DNA of 64,000 nucleotides from Eledone cirrhosa (Eukaryota): NCBI GenBank assembly GCA_964016885.1, contig OZ024745.1, positions 115,940,001 to 116,004,000 of the forward strand, read 5' to 3'. Shown piece by piece: positions 38,291 to 50,930 of this stretch (position 1 is its first letter; each line of letters starts with the position of its first letter). The notes under the pieces were generated by a model. It saw only the letters and a program-made list of their open reading frames with translations, ran no database searches and was not told where the DNA came from. The position numbers and the translations under genes were made by a program.

Positions 38291-39380
38291 AATGAATTAT
38301 GGATGAGGGAGGCTGAATGAGCCTACAGTGACGTTTGACGTTCAGGCTAGGATACAATTTGTGGATATAATGAGGTTATTAATGAAATGAGAAGGGGATT
38401 GTTAAGTAATGATACGTATGAACACATACAACATCACGCCTGTGGCTGACGGGCCCTATATAACTGACTGTCCGTATGATGTTCTCAAACCTTGTTCTGA
38501 CCTGTCTGCAGCTCGTCGATATTTGAAGTTAGATATGTTTGAACCCAATGAGCTCAGATTGACTCAGCGACAAATCCCGCGTTGTACAGAAAGTGATATA
38601 TATTAAATAGCTTTAAATGAAATAGAAATTAAACTAAGCTTTATATTCATCAAAATATTCATGAATGTTAGTAGCTTGAATGTATTGTAGTACATGTAAT
38701 TGTAGATGACCTCACGATTTTCTGGTGATAGGAGCTACAGCATAATTAAATTAAAAATAGTGATATGAATAGGAAGTTTCAAATGATTTTTATTTTCGTG
38801 GGTTATTTGAATGACAATATTTCACCAGACAAACATTTGTTTTCGAATAAATTACTTTAATGATAAATATATACTTCAATTTTCTCACGTATACGATACA
38901 TAAAATAGAAGAAAAGAGTAAAAGATAAATTTTAGTACTTTGATGTTGTTGTTTTTAATCTTCTTCACTTCAGAATATAATCGTATATTTTAGTGCATGT
39001 TACCATTATGTTTTCTGTGGAATATATGGGTTATCTCATGATTAGTAGCTATCGAAGACAATTGAGAATAATTTACTGACGGCTCAAATTATGAGAGTTA
39101 CATCAAATTCAGACCATGACATTATTTGATACGATATGCAAATGCAAATTTTATGTCTGCAATGAGACAAAATACAGTATGGTAAAGAAAACAATGTTTC
39201 ATAAGCTGCGCGAGAAAATGTATGATTTATTCATGGTTTATTAAAGGAACTTGGCTTGATGATTCTTCATTGTTTCGGTGGGAGGTGTTTTCACTTTAAT
39301 TCGTCTTTTGAGATGTCACAACGGACTCGCCGTCCATCTGTCCGAGTTCTGCGGAGTTTCTTAATTAGTAGTCACTGGTG

Positions 39381-39591
39381 TTAATTTGTGCACGTACCCT
39401 TAGATTGACTGCATCTTGGATAACGTTGGCAGCAATCTTTGTCAGAACTACAAGGATGTCCATACCAACAATCATAGCACAGTTTAGCCCAGCGGTCACA
39501 AATGTTATAACGGCGGCAGCAGTCATTATTGCTCCTACAACGTTGACGTAAACACATCCTGTTGGGGAGCAACATCCAGGGCATGTGCATC
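39381..39591 (-). CDS. Terminal coding exon of a cysteine-rich peptide with two tandem knottin/ICK-like domains
   Basis: Acceptor TTGTTTTTTTTCTTACAG|G at 39592 (phase 2); frame MHMPWMLLPNRMCLRQRCRSNNDCCRRYNICDRWAKLCYDCWYGHPCSSDKDCCQRYPRCSQSKGTCTN*; 12 Cys in two C-C-CC-C-C blocks; GC-richer than flanks; AATAAA on minus at 39237-39242 and 39226-39231. Confidence 0.85.
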
Positions 39592-41172
39592 CTGTAAGAA
39601 AAAAAACAACTTCCGTTACACACAACAGCAAACAAATACAAAAACAGAAATTGTTCAACTGCGAATAAATGTCAAAATGTCAACTTTCATATATATTGTT
39701 TACATGGAGATTTCAAACTAACAACAAATATATTAAATGTTATGGAATTACAAATAAACAGACATTTAACCCAAATTGTAGTAGGGCAAAAGTAAATATA
39801 AGTACAGTCTTTCAGATTCATAATTTCTAGTAGATTCCCTTGTCTGATGATTTCATTAACATTTCAGTTTATCTTAAATGATATGGCTGTGTAATATTTA
39901 AGTCACTTCATTGATGAATGAATTGATTTTTTAAACAGTGGTTACAAGTTTGAGGAACAATCTGTGTCTAAATATAGAAATAAATACCAAACATCTATAG
40001 AATGAGTTTTCACGGGGTAATTATTTACTTGAAATCAATATTTCCATGACAAAAAAGAATGCAAGAAATGCTTTGTATTTAGATATTTGACTACCGATTG
40101 CTTATTCCATTTATGTTCTCAATTTGTTGGCGACATAATAATGCACGATTCTATCTTAAACACGTGAAAAATGTGGATAACTCTGGAATGGTAATCACGT
40201 CTCTATAGCCACCTGCTTGGTATGGTAAATAGAATGTGTTTTTCACAATAGAGAAAGTCATTATATAGGGGATACAAAAACGATCACTTATTTTCCAATA
40301 TCACCTATGAAATAACTACAACCAGAAATAGAAGCGATATCACAAATTATGGTGCGAGAGATTTTATATATATTCATTGAGATAGACAATACTTTAACCG
40401 AAATTTGAATAGAAGAAAACAAAAGCAAAATACTGGAAAGATGTTCAGACAACTTCTTTGAAGAAATGAATAATATATATCATTGAAGGAACTGGATTTA
40501 CCTAAAATCATTATAAGGCATCTGATATAATGGAAATGTAAAGGTGGCCATACGATCATCTGCGAATAAATTCTTAGCATTTTACATGATGTGATAAACG
40601 TCTCTTTACCATTTTATAGATAGGATGAGGGGTTAAATTTTATCTATGTCTTTTTATAATTGCATGTTATCAGTCTTCGAAGGATCTTGTCTGTATAAGC
40701 GATATAAGTGAAATACCTTAATCGAAGAGTTGGTAGCTTCTCATTGGTGGTAAATGCATCTGACTTCCAAGATATAAATAAATATCTCTTTAACGCTCAA
40801 TCCACTATAAGTATAATTTTATTTGTCGAAAGGAATATAGGAGTCATTTTATAATAATTCTTCACGCATCCGTATCATCTCCTGGTCAGCTCAGTCTGAC
40901 TGTCTGTCTGGTGTCTCGAGTGGTGTTACAATCCTCCTTTTAGCCCCTATACCTCCTCCCCACCCCACCCCATCTCTCCTCAACCTGAAATACGGCCACT
41001 ATGGTTATGTGAGTACTCCTTACCTATCTGCATTTTCTGCGTGTAAAGCTGTTTTTATGTGCCTGTGTATATGCGTATATTTATTGAGTACTTATTTATT
41101 TGTATGTGTATATATATATATATATATATGTGTGTATATATATGTATATGTATGTGTGTATATATGTATATA

Positions 41173-41209
<37 letters not shown>

Positions 41210-41225
41210 GTATGTGTGTATATAT

Positions 41226-41259
<34 letters not shown>

Positions 41260-41367
41260 CTATATATATATATATGTGTGTATGTGTATGTATATATATG
41301 TATGTATGTGTATGTGTGAGTGTGTGTAAATATGCGTTTGTATGTGTGTATACATTTGTGTATAAGT

Positions 41368-41405
<38 letters not shown>

Positions 41406-41481
41406 CGAAGGAAATATGGCAAGGAACCAAGTGGACCATAACGCACCAAAGTACTCAATACTTAGGGTTGTAGAGTGGGTA

Positions 41482-41613
41482 ATAGGAAAGAGTAGGACCC
41501 CCGACGGCTGAGCTCAAGCCGTTTCGACGGCTAATTCTGGACCTTTTTTTTTAGTCTAGAATTAGCCGTCGAAACGGCTTGAGCTCAGCCGTCGGGGTCC
41601 TACTCTTTCCTAT
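41482..41613. repeat. Fold-back palindrome (~60-bp arms) of module A; each arm has a hammerhead 3' half
   Basis: Right arm TAGCCGTC|GAAA|CGGCT TGAGCTC AGCCG|TC|GGGGTCC; apex is a T-run at 41543-41553. Confidence 0.92.
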
Positions 41614-41682
41614 ATATATATATATGTGTATGTGTGTGTGTGTGTGTATATGTGTATATATATGTATGTGTGTGTATATATA

Positions 41683-41732
<50 letters not shown>

Positions 41733-41899
41733 TATGTGTGTATATAATGTATATATATATATATATATACGTATGTGTGTGTATATGTATATATGTATAT
41801 GTATGTATATGTGTATATATATGTATGTGTATTTGTATGTATATGTGTGTATGTGTGTGTATGTATTTGTATTTATATGTATGTGTGTGTGTGTATGTG

Positions 41900-41951
<52 letters not shown>

Positions 41952-42151
41952 TGTATGTGTTTGTGGATGTGTATGTGTGTGCTTGTGTGTTTGTGTGTGT
42001 GTGTGTGTATGTGTGTGTATATATGTGTATATATGTATATATATATATATATGTATATGTATGTTTGTGTGTGTGTGTGTATGTGTCTGTGGATGTGTAT
42101 GTGTGTGCTTGTGTGTTTGCGTGTGTGTGTGTGTGTATGTGTGTACATATA

Positions 42152-42182
<31 letters not shown>

Positions 42183-42375
42183 GTATATATATATATGTCT
42201 ATGTATATATATATATATATATATATGTGTATGTATATGTATGTGTATATGTATGTGTGCGTATGTGTATATATATGTGTATATGTATGTGTGTGTATAT
42301 ATATGTATATGTATATATGTATGTGTGGGTGTATGTGGGTGCGCGCGAGTGTGTGAGTGAGTGTGTTTGTGAATG
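41611..42375. repeat. Long compound (TA)/(TG) microsatellite (similar tracts at 17345-17543, 41100-41403, 55855-56088, 57540-58190)
   Basis: Direct inspection. Confidence 0.97.
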
Positions 42376-42819
42376 TGTCTGTTGATCTTTGGAATATAGT
42401 TGAATACTTTAAGAAAAATGTGAAGATAATGGTATGATATGCACTCAATATTTTGAATTGGTCTATAGAATTCTCTAGGCCTTTGTCACTTAGTAGAACC
42501 TTAAAGAATTTAGCTTTTAAAAATCTCCCTTTTCTTTAAATCCATCAACCATGACTGATCCCCATTGATCTTATAGACACCTGATATCTAGTCATTGTTA
42601 GCTTAAGAGAAACTTAAACATAAGGAGTGGCACCCCATCACGAACTTGTTTATAGAATTCTTTCTGCCTTTGTTACTCTAAAAATAAACTATAGATTTGA
42701 AGAATTAGCTTTTAATGAATTCCCTTTTCTATCAATCAATGACCTACACCCATCCCACTCCCTACCCTCTCCTATCACCTGAAGAGACCTATAAATACCA
42801 TACTTATTTTTTGATACCC

Positions 42820-42870
42820 AGATTCCTGATGATTTCTAAAGAATGAAACCGTTCTAGTCCTGTAGAATCT
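42820..42870 (+). ncRNA. Type I hammerhead motif
   Basis: AGATTC|CTGATGA|T TTCT AA AGAA T|GAAA|C cgttctagtcct G|TA|GAATCT; perfect 6-bp helix I, GUA cleavage triplet. Confidence 0.75.
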
Positions 42871-42965
42871 CATCTATATTAAAACTTTTATACTCTGCAA
42901 TGTATTGAGTATTTTACTTACTGTGGTTACCTCCGACTCAACCCGGAATAACGTAAATATATATG

Positions 42966-43003
<38 letters not shown>

Positions 43004-43053
43004 AATATATATATATAGATTACAAAAATCAAAGTTCAGTTTAAATCATTTAT

Positions 43054-43102
43054 TTGCTTACAATTGTTTCCTCCAAACCGAGGTTTGGATTCTTCGGAGC
43101 AA
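43054..43102 (-). ncRNA. Type I hammerhead motif, CCGAAGA core variant
   Basis: TTGCT|CCGAAGA|A TCCAAAC CTCG GTTTGGA G|GAAA|CAATTG|TA|AGCAA; 5-bp helix I, 7-bp helix II, palindromic helix III; AATAAA downstream. Confidence 0.8.
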
Positions 43103-44200
43103 CTATTTAGTGATCTATAACATACTTGACCTCCTTTTCAACACAAGAGACATATAAAATATATATATATATATATAAATATCTATCTATCTATATATAT
43201 ATATATATATATATGATATATATGAGAGAGAGAGAGAATGTTGAGAAGTGACACACGATTTAATATATACAATAGTAAAACAAAAAGCAGTAGAACATGC
43301 TCATGAGATTTTCTCATAAATAACAGCAAAACATATTTACAAAAAAAGAATTTATTGTACTGGTTTCAGACACGTGGGCTTCTTCATGCTACAGAGATGA
43401 ATAATATACACTTCCGTAGCATGAGCTACGTGTGAGTAAGTGGAAGCTTGGTATAATAATAATTTAGAAGGCTGTATAATAGAATTTGAACTCATTCTAT
43501 TTTTTCGTAATCAATGTTATACATATCTCGTTGGTATATGTTATGTAATACTCAGACGAGGTCGGCTCAGAGAATATTTCACTTGCACAAACATCAATTG
43601 CGTAAGTTCTTATGTGGAAAACCGTCCGGCGGCCTTGGTGTTTTTTCTTCACAACTTAGCTGGCATATGTATTTATATCGCTATTATTTATGTAAGTGAA
43701 ATATTGTCAGAAGAGATTTTTATCTAAGGATTTCATAACAAATACCATTGAAATGTGTATAACACAGCTTACGTAATAAATAGGCATCTGATTCATTACT
43801 AAACACACACACTCACACACACGCACACACACACACACACACATATATATCTATGTATATAAACATATATATGCTTACAATAATGGTGTCAGGATGCGTC
43901 CTTACGACGGGAATGTTGTTATGACGTGATAACAGCTTTAAATGATGACAGTCTGACGTATGCCTGCATATTATACATACAAACCATTTATATACTACCA
44001 TTTACACATCCTTACTGAATCACATTAGTTTTGTGCATCTACGGATTAATAAACCCGCATTATATAAAATGAGCATCTGCAAAATTATGTAATATCCACA
44101 ATAATTATGTAACCTCTCAGGTTATCCATTTCCCTACCGAGGGCGTAAACATTACTGGTGATAGATAAAAATCTTGAAATACTAGTATTTGGTATCCTCA

Positions 44201-44267
44201 CATAAAGACATATGTTTCCTTATTATAAATAAACATACAGTATGTGTTTTTGTGTCATCAGACTATA
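44201..44267 (-). ncRNA. Degenerate hammerhead motif
   Basis: TATAGT|CTGATGA|C..ACATAC t GTATGT..G|GAAA|CATATG|TC|TTTATG; palindromic CATATG helix III. Confidence 0.55.
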
Positions 44268-44358
44268 ACCAACAATTCAATAGCAGACGTAGTATAATTA
44301 AAAGAAGACTTGAGGTGGAGGAGGGCAGCATTCATTTTTCTAAACCACCAACCACATT

Positions 44359-44427
<69 letters not shown>

Positions 44428-44518
44428 CGGTGATGAATTTGTTTAGCAAGGTTTTTTTATATAAATAAAATAGAATAAGAAAACATTACAGCAATGCAAC
44501 GGGAGGAAATATAATAAC

Positions 44519-44760
44519 ATCCCCGATGACGTCACAGATGTGAGACGAAAGAACTCTGAGGGACTATATCCATATCTTTAATCTTAAATGTCGGTCAATC
44601 AGTGATAAACATTGATTAACAGCAGAATTAATAATATAAATATAAAATATACTGAAGCTCAAACCAGCTCAAACGAAACAGTGAGTGTGTTTTATCATAT
44701 ATGTCTGGCAATATTATAAAAACATGACCCTCTCTATATATAACAATATATATATATATA
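44519..44760 (+). mobile_element. Diverged copy of the 58.4-kb hammerhead element family, ending in (TA)n
   Basis: CCGATGACGTCACAGATGTGAGACGAAAGAACTC vs CTGAAGAGGTCACAGAATGTGTGACGAAAGAACTT; shared 3' end AACATGACCCTC...TATAACAATAT. Confidence 0.7.
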
Positions 44761-45279
44761 TTCAATAACAGTAGTGAAATATGATTACAATGTGAGAATA
44801 ATATTTCTAGCATTAATAAATAACAAATAATTATAAAATATTAACCACAAATTTGAAAAAAATATCAGAGATTACCAGGAAATATATTTTCGAAACATCC
44901 AGCTAAGAAATCCAGGTTTAATACGAACTACATTGTTTGCATTTGTTCAATACATGTATGTCAATTTTACTTGATTTAATATGGGGATGTTCCCAATTTA
45001 CAAATGAGATTCTGAAGAGAGCCTTTTATGTATTCAGTGTTTTGTTGTAGGTTGTCTACTAAAATAACCCAGGGGATATGTATTCGTGTAAGAATCTTTA
45101 CAAGTATGTACATCACCATAGAGTTGTGAATGAATATGTCTATACATTTCAAACAAACGAACAGCTTCATATCGATTCTAGTATTACGCAGGAATCCTTA
45201 GTTTTTCAGCTCAACAACAATGAAAAGGCAACACAAATAATAATAATAATAATAATAATAACAATAATAATAATAATAA

Positions 45280-48045
45280 AGGAAAAAACAAAGGAATTCC
45301 CACAAGAAATCTACTTGGCAAGAGAACATCAATCGCCAAATAAACCTTCTCCGATCTGACATAGAAATGTTAACAAGCTACAAAGTAGGTGAACATGTTA
45401 AACAAACTAAACTTAGAAAATTGAAAAGAAAATACAATATAAAATCAACAAGTGACATAGACATGCTGATAGAAATAATCAAGCAAAAAGTGTCGACCAA
45501 AGCTGCTCGTATAAGACGCTTTGAAAAACGATCTAGATTCTATAAGAACAATAATATGTTCAAAAACAACCAAAGAAACTTCTACAGAAACATTGGCAAG
45601 TCAACAATAACTGCTAAATCAATACCACCCAAGGAGGAGGTGCAAGAATTCTGGGAAAAGATCTGGGCCGAAGAAAAAGTTCATAATATATATGCCCCAT
45701 GGATAGACAGACAAATGAAAGATACAGCTCACCTTGAGGAACAAATATGGGAAAATATAACAGTTGAACAGTTGCGTTTGGCTCTTAGAAAAACCAGCAA
45801 ATGGAAATCCCCAGGAAAAGACAAAATACCACAATTTTGGATAATTGCCTTCACAGAGTCTCATGAGCTGTTAGCTCAACTTTACAATGACATAGTTAAG
45901 GAGCCAGAAAAGATACCATCATGGCTAATTAACGGCATTACATTCCTGCTTCCGAAGAATGATGAGACAAACAATCCCACAATTACAGACCGATAACTTG
46001 CTTGACCACAATGTATAACATTTTAACATCAGTGCTAACTGAATATACATATGACCACCTGATAATAAATGACCTATTTCCCAATGAGCAGACAGGGTGT
46101 AAACGAGGCTCATATGGCTGTAAGAATCAGCTTTTGGTTAACAAAATGATACTGGAAGATTGTCATAATAGAAACAAAAATCTATCGATTGCTTGGATAG
46201 ATTATAAAAAAGCATTCGATAGTTTGCCACACAGTTGGATTGAAAAATGTTTTATCAGCGCTTTTATTCTGTATCGCACTTAAACCATTAAGTAAAATGC
46301 TCAATGAAACAAAACATGGATATAAAGTCTATGACAAAACCATTAATCACTTGTTCTACATGGATGACCTGAAACTATTTGCAAAAAATGATAAACAATT
46401 GCAAGGGCTATTATCCACTGTGGAACAGTTCAGTGATTGCATTAAAATGAAGTGTGGACTAGATAAATGCGCCAAAGCAACGTTCACCAGAGGAAAGTTG
46501 CTGACAAGTTCAGACATTAATCTTGATCGGGGGAATGTGATAAGAGAACTTGATCAAGAGGAGACTTACAAATATCTAGGTGTTTGTGAAGGAGACGGAA
46601 TCAAGCCCTCGACAATGAGGGAAAGGATAAGGAAGGAATGTTACCGCAGAGTAAGAGCAATCTTAAGAACGGAATTGAATGCAAGGAATAGGATCGATGC
46701 CATACACACATTTGCCATACCAGTAGTAACCTACAGTTACAATGTCATCAACTGGTCAAGCACAGAGATCCGTAGGCTCGATACAAAAATTAGAAAATTC
46801 TTAACCATGCACAGAATGCATCACGCTAAGGCAGATACAGATAGAATATATCTCCCTAGGAAAGAAGGAGGACGTGGGTTAATCCAGTTAGATATTGCGT
46901 TGAAAACTGCAACAATTGGATTATCTACATATCTAAGGGAATCACATGATTGGATGATCAAACTCGTTTTGAAACACGAAAGCATCAAAAGATCATACTC
47001 CATTACAAAAGATGCACAAAGATACAGTAATGGACTACAAATTTCAGAAGTTCCATTTACTGCTGAAATGAAAAACACAGAAAAAGCAAAGCAGGTAAAA
47101 GTAACTGCAAAGAAAGAACTGCAACAGAAACTGGTTAAGAAATGGCAAGAAAAGCCTCTGTATGGAAAATACTCAGAAAGAGCTAACAACCTGATGTTGA
47201 CAAAACTTTAACCCATCAGTGGTTGGCATCCTCTGGACAGAAATCGGAGACTGAAGGACTGATTATATCAGCACAAGATCAGCCTCTGCCAACAAAAAAT
47301 TACCAAACCAACATAATAAAAAATGGATGCACCGATTATGCCGTGTATGTAAAAAACAACCAGAGACCATTCATCATATAATTTCAATGTGCAGTCCTAT
47401 ATCTCCAACCGAATAACTAAACAGGCATGACAGAGCTGCACAATACATACATTGGATAATGTGTAAGCATTTTGACCTGCCACATCAAAAGAATTGGTGG
47501 GAGCATCAACCACCTCTCATACTTGAAAAAGATCACATCTTGTGGAACTTTAGCATCCAAACAGACCGAACAATAGATGCAAATAAACCAGATATAATAC
47601 TGAAGGACTTTAAAAAGAGGGTATGCCTGCTAATTGATATGTCCGTTCCAATAGACAAGAATGTATCTATAAAAACATTTGTAAAATTCAGCAAGTATAT
47701 ACCTGGAGATAGAAATTGGAAAAATGGGGAAATTGAGAACTAAAACAATACCAGTGGTTGTAGGCGCTCTAGGAATGATACCTAAGGGGTCTAATGATTA
47801 CTTATCGCAAATCCCAGGAGAAATACAAATCCTAGGAGAAATACAAAATATAGTACTAATGGGAACTGCCCATATACTAAGGAAGATTCTGTCAATATAA
47901 GGACATCACAAGTCTAAACACCTAAAGATGCATGTGTGTGTATGTATGTTCTTTCTTGAACATGGCGGACCTTGTTGTCTCTTGAGGTCACTGGTTGTGA
48001 CTTGGTGATAACTCGTATGAACATAAAGCAAGATAAATGCAACTG
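45280..48045 (+). mobile_element. R4/Dong-clade non-LTR retrotransposon 1 (RT + CCHC + restriction-like endonuclease), 5'-truncated, frameshifted
   Basis: WKSPGKD, EQTGC, AWIDYKKAFDSLPHSWI, HLFYMDDLKLF, RKEGGRGL, WNFSIQTDRTIDANKPDI; lacks the GIFQGD segment (deletion at ~46248); flanked by (TAA)n. Confidence 0.92.
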
Positions 48046-48056
48046 TAATAATAATG

Positions 48057-48097
<41 letters not shown>

Positions 48098-48124
48098 TGA
48101 TTGATATCCCTCCTTGTATTTACT

Positions 48125-50580
48125 AGCCTATCGCATACTGACTAGGCGATACGAGAGCAAAGTTCGTCAGTATAGACAGAACCGCATGTTTGACAACAGC
48201 CAGAAGATGTTGTTTGGACAGCTTGAAGGAAAAGAAAGAGGCAACGACTTCATCCCTGAGGCGGAACAAACTAAGACATTCTGGAGAGGAATATGGGAAC
48301 AGGATGTTGAACATAATGATCAGGCAGTGTGGATTGAGACAGTACAAAAGGAGATTAGTGAACAGGCACACCAACACACTGATTTGAGTATCACTGTTGA
48401 AACTCTTAATGGGCAGGCCAAAAAACTAACCAACTGGAAATCATCAGGCCCAGATGGTGTGCAGGGGTATTGGATTAAAAATATAACATCCCTCCACCCG
48501 AAACTGACAACCATGTTCAATGACTGCTTGATGTCAGGTGAGGTACCAGAGTGGTTGACAAAAGGTACCACATTTCTGGTAATGAAAAACCGAATCAAGG
48601 GTAATGATGTTACCAACTATAGACCTATCACATGTCTGTCCGTAATTTGGAAACTGTTAACAAGCATTGTGTCTGAGGAAATCTACCATCACTTCCACAT
48701 AAACAACTTGTTACCGGACGAACAGAAAGGATGCCGAAAGAAGTCCCGTGTTACAAAGGACCAGTTACTTATTGATAAGATGGTAATGAGGAATTGCAAG
48801 AGGAGACACACTGGTCTTGCCATGGGATGGATAGACTACAAAAAGGCATTTGACATGGTACCTCATTCTTGGATCACCAAAAGCCTAGAGATCTTCAAGG
48901 TGGCAGATACCATCAGACAGTTGTTGAGCAAAAGTATGAAGTCCTGGAAAACAGAGTTAACATCGGCTGGAGAATCCTTGGGAGGCGTGAAGATCAAGAG
49001 AGGTATCTTCCAGGGAGATAGTCTGTCCTCCCTGTTGTTTGTCCTTGCCCTGATGCCCCTGACCATTATACTGCGAAAAGTGAGAGCAGGATACAAGGTG
49101 GGAAAGGGAGAGCTTACCATCAATCACCTCCTCTTCATGGACGATCTTAAGCTCTTCGGGAAGAGTGAGAAGGAGTTGGATGTGCTTGTTGACACTGTCC
49201 ATATTTTCAGCAATGATATATGTATGCAATTTGGTATTAGTAATTGTGGAGTCCTTGTGATGAAGAGGGGTAAATTGAGCAGAAGCAACGGAATCCAGGT
49301 ACCAACAGGTGAGATGATAAAGAAAATTGACACTGAAGAAGGATACAAATATTTAGGTGTACTCGAGGCTGATGACATCAAGAACAAAAGGAATGAAGGA
49401 ATTGATAAGATCTGAATACATTCGGAGAGTAAGGAGCGTATTGAAATCACATCTGAACAGTAGGAATGCCATAAGTGCAGTAAATTCCCAAGCTGTGTCT
49501 ATTATTAGGTACAGTGCGGGAATTCTGAGACGGAATGTTGCTGGATAGGAAGACTAGGAAGCTATTGACTATCTACAAGATGTTCCACAAGAGGAGTGAT
49601 GTCGATAGACTCTACTTAAGGCGATCTGAATGTGGAAGAGGTCTAATCAGCATAGAGGACTGTGTTCAGATGGAGAAAAACAACCTACACAAATACGTGA
49701 CTGATAGTAGGGAGCCAATGCTCAGATTTGTACTGAACGAGAGGACAATAGACCAGGGGATATCCAAGGGGGAAATAACAACAAGGAGAAAGAGCAACCT
49801 TCATGAAAAATCCCTTCATAGTACGTTCTTTGAGAAAACTGAATTCAGAGATCCACAGACATGGAACTGGTTGAAAAGAGGAGACCTTAAAAAGGATACA
49901 GAGGGAATGCTAATGGCTGCGCAAGAGCAGGCCCTAAAAACGAAGTGGCTGAAACACCATATTTACAAGGAGGAGGCTAGCCCACTGTGTAGGATCTGGG
50001 GAGAGAGAGAGGAGTCTGTGGCTCACATTGTATCCGAGTGTAAACACCTAGCCCAGACTCACTATAAAGGCTGGAGACATTCTGAGAAGTGGTATGAGCA
50101 TAAGCCAGAGTCGGTGATAGAAAACGATCAGGTGAAGGTGCTGTGGGATTTTAGGATACAGACGGACAAGAAACTGGAACACAAAATACCTTACCTGGTA
50201 GTTTTAGACAAGGAAATAAGATCGTGCCTGATTGTGGATGTAGCCTGCCCATTCGACACAAGAGTGCAAGAGAAGGAGAGGGAGAAAATTAACCGATACC
50301 AGGACTTAAACAGGGAGGTAAAAAGGATTTGGAACTGCCATGATGTCAAAGTGGTCCCGATTGTCATAGGCGCACTAGGTACTATCTCAAAGAGTTTCCA
50401 AGGATGGTTAAAGAAAAGTGGTCCCACCCCGCTTTTTAGAACATTTCAAAAGGCATGCTTGCTGGGAACAGCAAGAAACTTCCGATGCGTCCTGAATATC
50501 TGAGGCTGCAGGTAGTGGCTTGATATTCATTTCAACAAACTTTCCAGTTAAATAACATCAATGACTGAAACTCAAAGAAC
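48125..50580 (+). mobile_element. R4/Dong-clade non-LTR retrotransposon 2, 5'-truncated
   Basis: NYRPITCL, WIDYKKAFDMVPHSW, GIFQGDSLS, HLLFMDDLKLF, CRIW..REESVAHIVSEC, WDFRIQTD, PIVIGALG; ends at (TAA)n. Confidence 0.95.
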
Positions 50581-50601
50581 AATAATAATAATAATAATAA
50601 T

Positions 50602-50930
50602 ATTGTAAAAGATCAACACAACAAGGTCTGTTTATTGATAGATATTAACATCCCATGTGATCACAATATCCCGGCAAAAGAATTTGACAAGCTACGAAAA
50701 TATAAAGATCTGCTTATTGAAATTGAGACAATGTGGCACCTCAAGGCCGTTACAATACCAGTGATTGTGGGTGGACTGGAAATGATAAACAAAGGAACAG
50801 AACAATATTTGCGAATGATTTCTGGGTTGCCCTCTCTGTACGAGGTGCAAAAAATTGTTTTGACTGGTACTGCATACGTATTGAGGAGAGCACTACCTCT
50901 GTAAGATTGATATCCCTCATTGTATTTACA
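50602..50930 (+). mobile_element. R4/Dong-clade element 3, endonuclease C-terminus only
   Basis: IDINIPCDHNIPAKEFDKLRKYKDLLIEIETMW...IPVIVGGL...VQKIVLTGTAYVLRRAL. Confidence 0.88.

Noticed and set aside
39365-39658. Alternative-frame 97-aa hydrophobic ORF over the knottin exon, and the ATG at 39641
   Set aside because: The other frame has the ordered cysteine pattern; sequence above 39591 is polypyrimidine tract/intron.
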